The translations under genes and the position numbers were made by a program. Shown one piece after another: positions 16,319-31,659 of a stretch of 64,000 nucleotides of DNA (positions are counted from its first letter, which is position 1; every line of letters starts with the position of its first letter). The notes under the pieces were generated by a model. That model was given only the letters and a program-made list of their open reading frames with translations, did not search any database and was not told where the DNA came from. The DNA is from the human T2T-CHM13v2.0 reference genome, Homo sapiens. The stretch is from NCBI RefSeq assembly GCF_009914755.1, contig NC_060925.1; one strand, written 5' to 3'.

Positions 16319-16355
16319 TCCGTTAGTTCTGTCCCTGTGAACCCTGACTAATACA
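15890..16355 (+). mobile_element. 3' LTR, MLT2A1-type
   Basis: TGTGATGGTTAATACTGAGTGTCAACTTG start after a degenerate PPT (GACAAGGTTGGA); ends ACCCTGACTAATACA; homologous to the 5' LTR. Confidence 0.9.
16278..16316 (+). repeat. (TA)n(TG)15 microsatellite inside 3' LTR
   Basis: Direct read. Confidence 0.95.
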
Positions 16356-16646
16356 GTTGTTTACAAAACAAATAAGACAATCCCTTTCTTTCGAAGATTT
16401 TCCTGTCTCTAGGGAAAGGGACAGATACAAGGAAATGCAGATTTTGAGGTAATTCTAAACCACCACAAAGGGTCCTGAAAGAAGGAAAGAGATAGGAGAA
16501 TTCTAACAATGCCCTCCTTAATCCTTACTTTCAAATAAGTGTGACCTTGAGCTAGTATGCCCTTTCCCTAAACAAGGCCGGAAAGAAAGTCTTGCCTATT
16601 AATAATACTCATACTTACAAAAAGCTCAGAGTTCAGTGTTCTCATT

Positions 16647-16648
<2 letters not shown>

Positions 16649-16692
<44 letters not shown>
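16649..16692 (+). repeat. (GT)22 microsatellite
   Basis: Perfect dinucleotide run. Confidence 0.97.
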
Positions 16693-16695
<3 letters not shown>

Positions 16696-16717
16696 GCGAG
16701 GGACATGTATTTGTAAC

Positions 16718-17140
16718 TTATTCAATAAACAAATATTTGTTAAGTGTCTACCATATCAGATTTCTAGATACTTGAAATATGGTAGTGGATAATGCAATGT
16801 TTCTGCCCTCAAGGACCTTAACTTTTACATCCTAGTAGGGAAATTGCCTTGAACAAATATAGCCAATGATATATTCTAATTACATATAGCCAAGTGAAAG
16901 AAATAAAAATAAGGCAGGAGAGAGGGCCTACAGATGAAATAGTGTTGTAGTGACAAACAGTGAGGTCAGGAAAAGCCTCTTGAGGAGGTGACATTGAACA
17001 GAAACCTAAAGGAAAGAGGAGAGCCATGCAGAGGAATTACTTTCTAGTCAAAGGGAACTGCTAGAGCAACATCTCTGGAGCAAGAATGGGATCAATGCAT
17101 ACAAGAAGTGGGAAGAAAGCCAATAAGCAAGAAGTCAGTG
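16718..17140 (-). mobile_element. L2 3' fragment
   Basis: TTATTCAATAAACAAATATTTGTTAAGTGTCTACCA..CTGCCCTCAAGGA..GTCAGGAAAAGCCTCTTGAGGAGGTGACATTGA. Confidence 0.8.
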
Positions 17141-17719
17141 AAAGGTACAACTACACAGGAAACATAAAAATGTCCTATTCTGAGCAACATCATTCATTCG
17201 TTAGGTAAAAATGTGAATAATCAACTAAGGATTAAGAGAATCTCGACAAAACTAAAAGCATGAAATTGAAAGGCCAGGATAGAGGACATTTAAACCCTGA
17301 TGGAAAAAGGAGTATTATAAGGAATATTTGGAAAAACTATTTTTTTAAGTTTCACATTTGAGATACATATTACTATCTCAAAAAATAAGAATAGGCAACT
17401 ACAAATAGAGAGATGAAGATATTAGAAATGACACTGTTAAAATATTGGTTTTAACTTTTATACATATAATTGGAGTATCCTTTTTAATAAAATACAAATT
17501 CAAGGATTTCCAGAAGCTAATTAGAGTGCACTGATCTGAGCAAAAAACATTAGGTTTCAAAGCAATGGGTTTCAAAGGAAGATGAGAGCATCAGACATTG
17601 TTTTTCTTCTCTGTTGAGTTGATAGGTTTTCAGGTACATGACCGTCACACACTCAATTAAGAACATGATCAGCAATTTGTTTTCCATATTCAAAATCCAA
17701 GTTCTTAGTTTTATTCCAG

Positions 17720-17764
17720 TGAATCAAATGCTGTATTTGGAAATGAAAGTGACAGTGTTCAAAT
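17720..17764 (+). other. Candidate exon (45 nt), predicted only
   Basis: Acceptor ttcttagttttattccag and donor AAT|gtgagt. Confidence 0.25.
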
Positions 17765-17867
17765 GTGAGTATTCAGATTCACTCTGAGCACACACCTTGA
17801 GCAGGGAGTAGACTTTAACAAAGTTACCAGAAAGAAGTATCTCCTTTTTAAGTAAAAAGTTATGAAA

Positions 17868-17919
17868 ATTCTGGGAGAAAACCAGGTATGACCATTCTAG
17901 GGAAAAACCAGGTATGACA
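17868..17919 (+). repeat. 26-bp imperfect tandem duplication
   Basis: ATTCTGGGAGAAAACCAGGTATGACC / ATTCTAGGGAAAAACCAGGTATGACA, plus a partial third copy (CAGGTAT). Confidence 0.85.
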
Positions 17920-18410
17920 ACAGGTATTGCTGAAATTAATATTTCTTATTAAAATTATTCTTGAAGACTACCCGCAGACTTTTCTTGCTCATTCATTCTT
18001 GGGTGCCTTTGATTTCTTTTATTTTTTTCTCTGATTAGCCTTATTTTACCACACCTTCAAAAACTAGGGCAAATTTTATGTCTTGTGTCTCTCCCAGACC
18101 ACTTTCTTTTTTAAAAAAATAATGCCAAGAATTGTGATTGAGGTCATGAATTTGTTCATTTTGTAATATGTTATTGGGTTAGGACTTGCACACATATGGG
18201 GTAGGCAGGAACTACTTACTGGCCACATTGTTGAAATTCTGCAATAAAAATGTATGCTATTGGAGTAAACATTACTTCTTTCAGGCAGGTCAAATAAAGT
18301 GCAAATAACACTGTATAATCTAATGTGTTAAATCTTTCACAACTTCCTGCCACTATCTGATCAGATTGTTTTCCTTAATAATGGTAAAGACAATTAAAAT
18401 ACCCACACAA

Positions 18411-18730
<320 letters not shown>

Positions 18731-18924
18731 AGAAATATCCGTACAATCCTAAGGTATGTTTTAGCCTGGGACAATTTAAGGATGAGGACTAGAAAGAAAA
18801 AACTGTTAACTAATAGATAAAGTACAGAAAGAGTTTAGGTATATCTATGATCAACCACCTGCAATAACATTTTTCAAGTGTGAATCTTTGTGTATGATAG
18901 ACAACCTTACAGTTGCCTATAATT

Positions 18925-19187
18925 TTCCTGGCTGACAAATAGCCATCTTCTGGTTGTCCTCACAAAGCCTTTCCTCTGTGCTCACAAAGAGAGAGAGAGA
19001 GAGAGAGGGCAAGCTCTCTGGTGTCTCTTTTTACGACACTAATACTATTGGGTCAGTGACCCACTGTCATGACCTCACTTAATCTTAATTACTTCTGTAA
19101 AGGCCCAGTCTCCAATTATAGTTACATTGAGGTTTAGGGTTTCAACATGTGAATTTTGGGGGAAACAAATCTTTCAGCCTGCAATAC
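18925..19187 (-). mobile_element. MaLR LTR fragment (MLT1B-like) with (GA)n
   Basis: CTCTGGTGTCTCTT..ACACTAAT..CATGACCTCACTTAATCTTAATTAC..AAAGGCCC.GTCTCCAA..TTCAACATGTGAATTTTGGGGG. Confidence 0.8.
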
Positions 19188-19609
19188 TATGTAAGTGTTG
19201 AGCAAGACTCAGGGAAATCCTAATATTCATTGGACAAAGTGTTCATTTAACAAATGTTTAATACTGCCCAAGGCTTTTAGTTTATTTTACCGTTATGGAA
19301 AAAAGTGAGGTAGAGAAGATTTTATGGTTAAGTCTCTTACACTTATTAGCACTTAAAATAATTTAGAGCATTTGGAGAATACAATGACTAATCCTAAAGT
19401 AATAAACCTGAAAAAAAGGATGTGGACTAATAATGAAACTAAATGTAGATTCAATAGGCTGTGTCTTGTTATTTTTATATCAATCTATTTTGGCTACAGA
19501 TTCAATCAATTTCAACTATTTCTTAAACTTGGTTTCTAATGAAAAATATCAATTAGAGAGCTTTCTTCACTTCGTCATGATGGTTAAATTAATTACTAGC
19601 TGCCAAGCA

Positions 19610-19820
19610 TATATATATAATTAGCTGCCATGCACACACACATCTATATAAATTACATCCTAAATATATATGTAATATATGATATAATTTATACATGATG
19701 TAATATATATACACAATGTATATTTATATATAAATACATATTTTATATATATTTAACTTACTGTTCATATACAGTAAATATACTGTTATTGTACATTTAT
19801 ATATTATGTATATATAAAAT
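19610..19820. repeat. Degenerate (TA)n low-complexity tract
   Basis: Direct read. Confidence 0.85.
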
Positions 19821-19831
19821 ATTTCACTTAC

Positions 19832-19941
19832 CTTTCTTCATTGAGTTTTTTGTAGGGCATGAGAAAGACGATATTCCACACCTTAGTTCTCCACTAATTG
19901 TGCATGACATAGCAGCAATCCAGAATTCCTCATGAGTCCCA
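19832..19941 (-). other. Candidate exon (110 nt), predicted only
   Basis: Minus-strand acceptor catctctgtgttttacag and donor AAG|gtaagt. Confidence 0.35.
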
Positions 19942-20776
19942 CTGTAAAACACAGAGATGTCTGAGAGTTGAGAGACAATTGGTCCACCATGGAGCCTCTA
20001 TATTGACAGACAAGATTACCTTATAATAGAAACAGCTAAGCCAATAGAAAATAAAACTGAATTCAGAGTACCTGCCACACAAGCAAAACCCAAGGTAAGG
20101 CCAAGTTTACTGCTAAGTGTTTCTTCTTCACAGAACATAATTTCACAAACTCAGATTTCAACATCAGATGCTAGAAAGACAGTCGGTAACCACTAAGCCA
20201 ATGAGAATGCAGAAGATAGAACAAGAACTAACAAAAACTAGGAGAATAGCCCCTGATTCTGAGGCCCCTCTCCTTTTACCTCCAAAACTCATAAGCTTCT
20301 CTCGATACTCAAATACATCTTGACTAGGAAAAATGTTAGAATTAATTCATTTAATCTTCACAAGAACCCTAGGGAGTAATTATAGTTGTATTTCCTATAT
20401 CAAGATGGGAAAATAGAAGTTCAAAGGGATTAACTTGACTATCTTCATGCAGCAAATAAATGTTAAAAGGTTTCAGCTTGTTCAAAAATAGCACTGAATT
20501 TTCTTATTTCATTTCTATATTTGCTCCACCTTTCAGAAGAGATTACTATGTATCTCTAGCATATGAAATTACTGGCTTAATTTTAATCCAGAAATTTATA
20601 AAACTATGTTTAATTATTCTTAAAGAAGAATATTTCCAGAGGCATTAAGTTCAAAGTACATATTAAGGAATAAGTTGTTAAGGTTTACACTAAAATAAAA
20701 ACATTCTAGGACGTGTGAAAATGTTGTGCTGTTTAATGTCCTTCCACTGGAAAATAATTTAATATTTAAAAAATTA

Positions 20777-21108
<332 letters not shown>

Positions 21109-21377
21109 TTAGGGAGTGGATACACAGCAAAATGTCAGAAGCCTAGAAAAAATAATTTTAGTATTTAACATTTTCAAAGCAGTCTCTCTCTTTTTTCTCT
21201 TTAAAGGGAGAGAATATGTGAATTATTCATAATAGATTATTTATTATCTATTTATTACTTGTTTTAACTTTTATTTTTTAATTAATTTTATCCACTAGCC
21301 ATGTTGTCAACATATCTTGGCAAAATTGCTTAGAACTAATTCCTTTTATATGACGATAATAAAAATTCCTCAGATTC

Positions 21378-21392
21378 TTTCTTTTCTTTCTT

Positions 21393-21423
<31 letters not shown>

Positions 21424-21685
21424 AGACCAAGTCTCGCTCTGTCCCCCAGACTGGCATGATCTTGGCTCACTGCAACCTCTCCCTCCCGGATTCCCCTGCC
21501 TCAGCCTCCAGAGTAGCTGGGACTACAAGCAAGCGCCACCACACCCGGCTAATTTTTTTTTTTTAATTTTTTTTATTTTTTTTTATTTTTAGTAGAGACG
21601 GGTTTCCCCATGTTGGCTAAGCTGATCTCAACCTCCTGACCTCCCAAAGTGCCGGGATTACAGGCATGAGCCATTGCGCCAGGCC
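21378..21685 (-). mobile_element. AluS with three internal deletions and expanded middle A tract
   Basis: Antisense Alu; TSD AAATTCCTCAGATTC (21363-21377) / AAATTCATCAGTTTC (21686-21700). Confidence 0.9.
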
Positions 21686-22542
21686 AAATTCATCAGTTTC
21701 ATGGCACCCCTGCTGAAATTTCCATGGTATTTTAAAATATATCCTGTTTTGCTCCTGGAGGAAAATATAGTCAAGCTTGTTTTTCATGGATTTTATTTAG
21801 TAATAATCAGTTACTAATTTCCCCAAATTATATATAAGTCTAACTGCTCTAATTTACTATTAATGCCTTACTTAAGTATCACCAACTGCTATGGCATTTT
21901 ACATATATCCAATAGGTCAACCTCTTAAATAGCTCAATGTTCTTCTACAAATATAGTTGCTTTTAGCTGCATTTGCTTTCTTTAAGGTTTAGACTTGCAG
22001 AACTTAAGGCAACATCATGAAAATGAGTTTTCAGAAAAATTTTGAGTAAAGTGTCAGGCCAAACAAAAATCCTTAAAGACAAGCTCTTCTAGCTTCCATA
22101 TATACAAAGGTGTTTGGAAAACTGGAAAAGATTTCTTTGGAACCAAGGTAAGGAAGTAGAACCTTGAGAACAATAACATTTTCCAAGCCTTAAATAATGT
22201 AACTTAATTCCATTCAAAGGAGAGTAGTAGCTGCAGGATAATTAATGATAGTAAATGAAAATATCTGGTAATATTTTAATATAAATTAAGAAATTTACCT
22301 AGAAAAATAACAAAACTAAAAAGTAAAGTTTAAGCAGAATGCAATAAAAGCAATGCTTTACAACTAGAGTCAACATCAAAGAAAAGAAAAATAACATCTT
22401 TTCCTATTTCAAATATAATGTAAAGGTTTATCAGATATTAACTGGTAGCATGACTTCTGCTAATTCAAAGTAATGGGTGACTTGTTTTAACTGAAGAGAG
22501 ATACATTATGTATATATAAAATAGTAGAGTTGAAATATACCT

Positions 22543-24006
22543 TTTTTATTTTATTATTTTTTAATTATACTTTAAGTTCTGTGGTACATGTGCAGAACAT
22601 GCAGTTTTGCTGCATAGGTATATACATGCCATAGTGGTTTGCTGCACCCATCAACCCATCACCTACATTAGGTATTTCTCTTAATGTTATCCCTCCCCTA
22701 ACCCCCACCCCCCGACAGGCCCCAGTGTGTGATGTTCCCCTCCCTATGTCCACATGTTCTCATTGTGCAACTCCTACTTATAAGTGAGAACACGCAGTGG
22801 TCAGTTTTCTGTTCTTGTGGTGGTTTGCTGAGAATGATGGTTTTCAGATTCATCCATGTCCCTGCAAAGGACATGAACGCATCCTTTATTATGGCTGCAT
22901 AATATTCCATGGTGCATATGTGCCACATTTTCTTTATCCAGTCTATTATTGATGGATATTTGAGTTGATTCCAAGACTTTGCTCCTGTGAATAGTGCTGC
23001 AATAAGCATATGCGTGCATGTGTCTTTATAGTAGAATGATTTATAATCCTTTGAGTATATACCCAGTAATGGGATGGCTGGGTCAAATGGTATTTCTAGT
23101 TCTAGATCCTTGAGGAATCACCACACTGTCTTCCACAATGGTTGAACTAATTTTCACTCCCACTAACAGTGAAAAAACATCCCTATTTCTCCACATCCTC
23201 TCCAGCATCTGTTGTTTCCTGACTCTTTAATGATCGTCATTCTAACTGGTGTGAGATGGTATCTCATTGTGATTTTGATTTGCATTTCTCTAGTGACCAG
23301 TGATGATGAGCATTTTTTCATATGGCTGTTGGCTGCATAAATGTCTTCTTTTGAGGAGAGTCTGTTCATATCCTTTGCCCACTTTTTGATTTTTTTTCTT
23401 GTAAATTTGTTTAAGTTCTTTGTAGATTCTGGATATTAGCCCTTTGTCAGATGGATAGATTGCAAAAATTGTCTCCCATTCTTTATGTTGCCTGTTCATA
23501 CTGATGATAGTTTCTTTTGCTGTGCAGAAGTTATTTGGTTTAATTAGATTCCATTTGTGAATTTGGGCTCTTGTTGTCATTGCTTTTAGTGTTTTAGACA
23601 TGAAGTCTTTGCCCATGCCGATGTCTTGAATGGTATTGCCAAGGTTTTCTTCTAGGATTTTTATGGTCCTACGTCTTAAGTTTAAGTCTTTGATCCATCT
23701 TGAGTTGATATTTGTATAAGGTGTAAGGAAGGGGTCCAGTTTCAGTTTTCTGCATATGGCTAGCCAGTTTTCCCAACACCATTTATTAAATAGGGAATCC
23801 TTTCCCCATTTCTTGTTTTTGTCAGCTTTGTCAAAGATCAGATGGTTGTAGATGTGTGGTGTTATTTCTGAGGCCTCTGTTCTGCTCCATTGGTCTATAT
23901 ATCTGTTTTGGTACCAGTACCATGCTGTTTTGGTTACTGTAGCCTTGTAGTATAGTTTAAAGTCAGGGAGCATGATGCCTCCAGCTTTGCTCTTCTTGCC
24001 CAGGAT
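22543..24006 (-). mobile_element. 5'-truncated L1PA (about PA7-PA8)
   Basis: ORF 23290-24096 gives [25 protein letters not shown]; 3'UTR and T tail at ~22543-22565; frameshifted. Confidence 0.93.
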
Positions 24007-24266
24007 ATGAGCAAATTGAAGTCTAGAGTTATTAACATAGCAATACATATTCAAAGCATCACATTTTAGGCTTGCAGGCTGTTGTACTATTTTCATTCAG
24101 TGACTTTCTATAGGTATTTGTTCTTGCAGAACCTGTGCTCCAACTAGGGCATCAGACAAATAATTATAACAAAATGACAAAAATATTTTGATAGAAGTAC
24201 CTTTTAGAACATGAAATAGGGAATTATTTCTAGATGGGAGACAAGGAAGTCTTTAAAAAATTGTTA

Positions 24267-24449
<183 letters not shown>

Positions 24450-24873
24450 CTAGTCACCCAGCATTCTGTTTAACTGATAACTTAATTCTTTGTTATCCTA
24501 AATCCTTATGAAAATTTGTGGTCCTTTTAATAGCAACATGAAGGGGACTCAGGAAAGAAAAGGACAGCCACTGTGCAAAGGCAGCAGCCTTTTAGGAGAA
24601 TGGGCAGACCACCTGGAATCATCATTCATTTGGCTACCCTGCTATTCTGGGAATTTGGGGGAAGACTTACAAATAGAATCCTACACAATATACTAAGCTT
24701 GGAGCCAGTCAGAAAGATACCAGTCTATTTAAACACACTTTTACTTACTTTCTGTTCCTTCACTCATGTAAGTTCCTGTATTTGTAGTATCGTTATATTT
24801 AAACCATTATAATGTATGTCCTCTATGCAATACTGAAAGACAGAAGTCAAAACCCCAGAGGTTGAATGTCTGA

Positions 24874-25252
<379 letters not shown>

Positions 25253-28200
25253 TCAAGGTTCTTAATAGCCATTATTGCTCTCCTAAATATTATATTTTAC
25301 TAATAGATGGTAAATTAGGAAAATGCCCCAAAGTTCATAGTCCTACAGGATCATCGGTGCCACCCAGTGTCATAGACTAAATGCCTCGCAGTACAACCTC
25401 ACTTCTCCAGCATAGCTCTTTTTTTGAAGAAACTCCTTCAAAAATTTTGACGAATACTTCCAAGAATCTGTGAGCCTCTGCCTATTTACACTAACCCAAC
25501 TTATTCTTAGATAATAGAAAAAGCACGGTCTTACACTAGGGTAAAATTTGTCTTATAATAAGTGAACACCAAGATGCAGACCTCTTCCCTGGTGCAAAAT
25601 TCTTTATAAAGGCAGCTCTAGTTGTACAGTAGTCTGAGTTTCTTGACATCATGAATGCCTTAGCTCACTATCGTGTCAGTCTTTCAAAATCTTACATAAA
25701 CTACCTGTTTATTTTGGAGTTTCCTCCACTGCTTTACGCTTCTTAAGGCAGGAATTGTGTCTTATTTACCTGTGTGTTACTGTGTCCCAGCAGTGTGATT
25801 AGCACAAAACAGCTGTTCAGCAGTATTTGTTTCAGTAATTTGTGGAAACTATTAGAAATAATGTGCCACTACTATAAAACAATCATCAATATTACGTATA
25901 ATAACGAAAGATTATAATCAATCTCGATATTCACTCAACAGACTGTTACATAGTCATTCAAAAGAGATGTGTGTATATATATGCATACATAGGTATATAC
26001 ATATATATATCTTTTAAAATATATATCTCTCTGTACATAAAATTTAATATATTTTTTATAAAAATACTGTGATACACATTGCATTTTAAATATTACTCTA
26101 AAAGTATAAATTTTTTAAAGACTGGTCATCAAGTTACAGGCCAGAAAAAGTAATATTTTTGTTGGTTATCTTTAGGTAGTGAGATAATGGAAGATGTTTT
26201 ATTTACTTTTCATTATCCGATTCTTCATTTTGCATTTTTTCTTTAATATCTATACTTTTTAAACAATGAGAATATGAAGAAATGATTTACAAATGCTTTC
26301 CTTTTAATGCCAAAATGTATTGCATAAGTTTTTATTTATTTATTTATTTTACAGCCTGGTGTCATTGATTTATTAATGCCAGTTTATTTAACCTATCTTT
26401 AACTTAAGCTATAAAAATAGAGATACAAGGGAAAGGGGAAAATAGAAGTGGTAGAAAAGGCATTTACAATGTATAAGTACTAGTGCCTCACTTAAACAAA
26501 ATCAAGTGCTCTTCAAATATTTAGCTAATTAACTAATTTGAATAGTGTTCTCAGAAACATAAAAATAAAGAAAAGAATTTTAATTCTTTGTAAAAATGTA
26601 CTCTGCCATTATATATTAGAGCCTCACACTTACAATATTTTAAATGTTTTTACTTTCTCCCATTTTTTTTTTTTGCTTGAGCTTTTGTAGATTTGATATT
26701 ATGCCAAGAGGAACATCTTCCAGCTGAAAAAATAGGATTCTTCTTAGTTCGTTGGAGCATTGAAGTGTCTGCTGAAAATAATTTGAAAATAATTTACAGT
26801 TTTGGCCCAAACACTAAATAAGATTCTTTTTTTGAGCACTTGCCAATTCCTCTGTACCTGGTTAATCACTTTTTGGAAGACATAGCATTTCATTAATGGT
26901 CTCCCATTGCCCTTGGAATACATAAATCAGAGAAAGATTAATTCAATTCTTAAATTTTTTGGCATGCATATAAAGAAATTAAGCTATGTGTGGGATCATT
27001 ATTATTCTTGCACTCTATATCATTCTGGAATGGGAAATCACTCTAAATATGTAATCACTAGAATCTCCTATTTTGACTTTCAGCCTTAAAAATGGTTCTA
27101 TTCTATAATATATAATCAGTCACATGGTTTAAAAAGCAGGTTTAGCTAAAAAAATTAAAAGTTTGCCAGAAGTACATCTGGAAATAATGTTAGAGGCATG
27201 AATTTCTATGTGCAGAATCTTATAAGAGAGGTATATTTTCAAATGAAAAAGCATACCTTTAATCTATTGCTGTTCAATTTAAGAATCAATTCTAAGTTTT
27301 CAATGTTCAGTAACAATTTAATATCCATTGTAACTTTGGGGGAGGAAAGTATTGCCATTGCATAATCAAGTTAATTACAGTGATGGATCTTGGATTTCAT
27401 TTCTTGGTACTATCCAGTTAAGAAAGAGCTAAATTCAGAATGTCAGTTTATGGAAATCATGTACATAACAGTCTGAGGTTTCCTGGTATGTTCCTACTGT
27501 AGCCAGTTGAAATGCTTCCATTCCTCCCTTGAGTGTAATGAGAGAACACTTTTTGAGCTTTGAGGCTTCAAATGAAAACCTCTTCAGTTGTATCTTTAAA
27601 AACAACTATCAAATAACTCTTTGGTATGTTCCATTTTTTATTTTCTACTCAGAATTTTTCCTTTCCTTATATCTTTTTTATTTAGTTTGGCATTCTGCCC
27701 AATATCTCTCTCCTCAGCTGGTACCAATTTGACTCCTGGGTTCTCCAGAACATTATGTGCTTCTATAAGCCAGCTGGCCACAAGTCTGATTTTTGACAAT
27801 TTACTGACCTAATCAGCTGCTATTTGTGCTGCTCAAAATATGCAGGCTCTCCCTCATCTAGACATTACAAATTGAGGATACTTTTATTTTTTTCTGGTGG
27901 GCATATTTTTTCTGATTATTGAGAGAAATCCCTGATATTCTCACTCAGTGATGATTCAAAGCATAGCATTCTGTTCTGGTTGCTGAACAAAATAAATACA
28001 GTAAAGAGTTGGGGACAGAACTGAATAAGAGCCATGAACTCTACCTATCACTTAAACATTACGTTCATCCACCTTTGCCAAATTGCCTCCTATCAGAAAG
28101 GAAGAGGTCTTCTTTCTCCAAAGCTTTCTCCTAATCAATCAACTCCATATTCTCTTGCCTATAACCTTAACATTTCTCTCTCAATTATAGTTTCCTCTCT

Positions 28201-28869
28201 AATGTTAGTGTTCATTCTTCTGAATAATAATTATTATTAACTTGATATTGTTAAGTGTCTTCCAGTTAAAAAAAGAACCTTTCCTTGATGCCACATCTCC
28301 ATCCAAATAATAGCTAATTTTCTCTTCCTCACAGTACAGCATTTTAGAAGAGTCACCTAAAATCACTCCACTGAGTTATGTTTATTTTTTTTTTGAAGGT
28401 GGCACATGCATTTTATTTTAAGTTTTCTGAGATAGGAAATATTGAATTGGAGATTATTCATATTTTAGGAAAGTAGTGAATGGAGCCAATTAAAAATAAA
28501 AATCTTTTTTTAGCATAAATTCAGGTTAGTGATTAGAAACTCGAGATTTTGCAGCCCATTACCTAATCATAGACTATTACTACTTACAAAAAAATTCTCA
28601 TGTGTAAATCATCCCTTTTCCTTTGTAAAAGCTTGATCAGGTATTTTGCTTATGTCTCAGACTGTCATGGGGCCAAGAGGGGCTGGAAGCAGTGGATGCT
28701 TTTATTTCAATTGATTGCTTTTTGACCCTTTCCTAAGTGACAGGAGGAGTTTCATTCTTTCCGCCTCAATTATCTTCTCACTGATTCTTTAAACAAGTGG
28801 ACCATCTCTTGGTTAGGTAAATCTATAGAAAATAAATGAAGAGTATGTGCTGACCTTAAACAAATTAAG

Positions 28870-29170
28870 TATTTTTTTAAAAAACTTTTTATTATAGAGA
28901 TCCAAATTTATCCGAAGATAATTACCTACCCTAATAGTAATCAATACCTGGTCAATCAGACCCTATTCACATCTACATCCACTTAGCACCTCCCTCCACC
29001 CCATATATTTAAATCCCAGGTATCATACCAGTTTAAATATAAACATTTCAGTATGTATTTCAGAAAATGACTCTTTGTATAAAAAACCAGGCTACATAGC
29101 ATTATCATACCTAAAAATTAATTTTTGATTAATAAACCTTTGTTAGCATCAAATATCCGATCAGTGTAAA
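28870..29170 (-). mobile_element. Old L1M (L1MC-like) 3' fragment
   Basis: AAATCCCAGGTATCATA..CATTTCAGTATGTAT..CATTATCATACCTAAAAATTAA..ATCAAATATCC resembles antisense L1MC 3' ends. Confidence 0.5.
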
Positions 29171-29409
29171 AAAATTTACTGGAACATTTTCATGCTGATT
29201 AAATGTAGATTAATACTAGGCCCTGAAACTTACATAGTTTTATGATATGCCATAAATAATTACCTTTGCATTTTTTTAGTGTAAGCATACTTTATTTTAG
29301 CCAGTGATACATTTGTGCTAAAATTATAAAATTATTATACATATTGATAATATTACACTTATAAAAACTCTCAACAGACTTAAAAAAACTTTTAATTTGC
29401 TATCTCTAA

Positions 29410-31208
<1,799 letters not shown>

Positions 31209-31209
31209 T

Positions 31210-31600
31210 CAGGTTGGAATGCTTTCAGCTACCAAAAAAAAAAATAAAAAAGTTAATCTAACAATAAGGGTTTTTATTACCTCATCTAAAATAAGCCTAT
31301 GATTGGGTGGTTCCAGAACTGGTAATTCTGGTGACCTAGAAATATCAGGACTCTGGCTCCACTTCTCCGTGTTTCTCCTTGCTTTTTTTTCACAGGCATA
31401 AGAAGCTTTCTGCAGTTGCAAGCATGAGGACCCTATAGATCAGTGTTCAAAGATGAAGGAAGGAGCAAGACTTATCTACAGAAAACTCTTTTGATCAAGG
31501 GAGAAAATCTTTCCCAGAGGGCCCTAGCACAATTCCCATTACATTTAATAGATAAAAACTTGATACATAGTCTACCCTGAATCAATCGTCAAAAAAAGAA
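31210..31600 (-). mobile_element. Old MaLR LTR remnant (MLT1K/L/N-like)
   Basis: TCAGGTTGGAATGCTTTCAGCT.. start and CTTTCCCAGAGGGCCCTAGCAC..TCCC.TTACATT resemble old MLT1 LTRs. Confidence 0.45.
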
Positions 31601-31659
31601 ACTAAAATAATCCCAATCCTATTTTTCTAATACCTTTAATAGCTTACCTGACATTTTTG

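Larger units (their letters stand above)
9798..16355 (+). mobile_element. Near full-length HERV-L (ERVL) provirus, inactivated
   Basis: Two homologous TG...CA LTRs flank a ~5.6 kb internal region with gag, protease, RT, RNase H, integrase and dUTPase remnants; no env. Confidence 0.95.

Noticed and set aside
22520-24030. TSD for the L1 at 22543-24006
   Set aside because: No convincing direct repeat at the two ends; not reported.
27418-27485. Plus-strand exon tatccag / CTG|gtatgt
   Set aside because: Stops in all three frames and a mediocre acceptor; no supporting partner exon.
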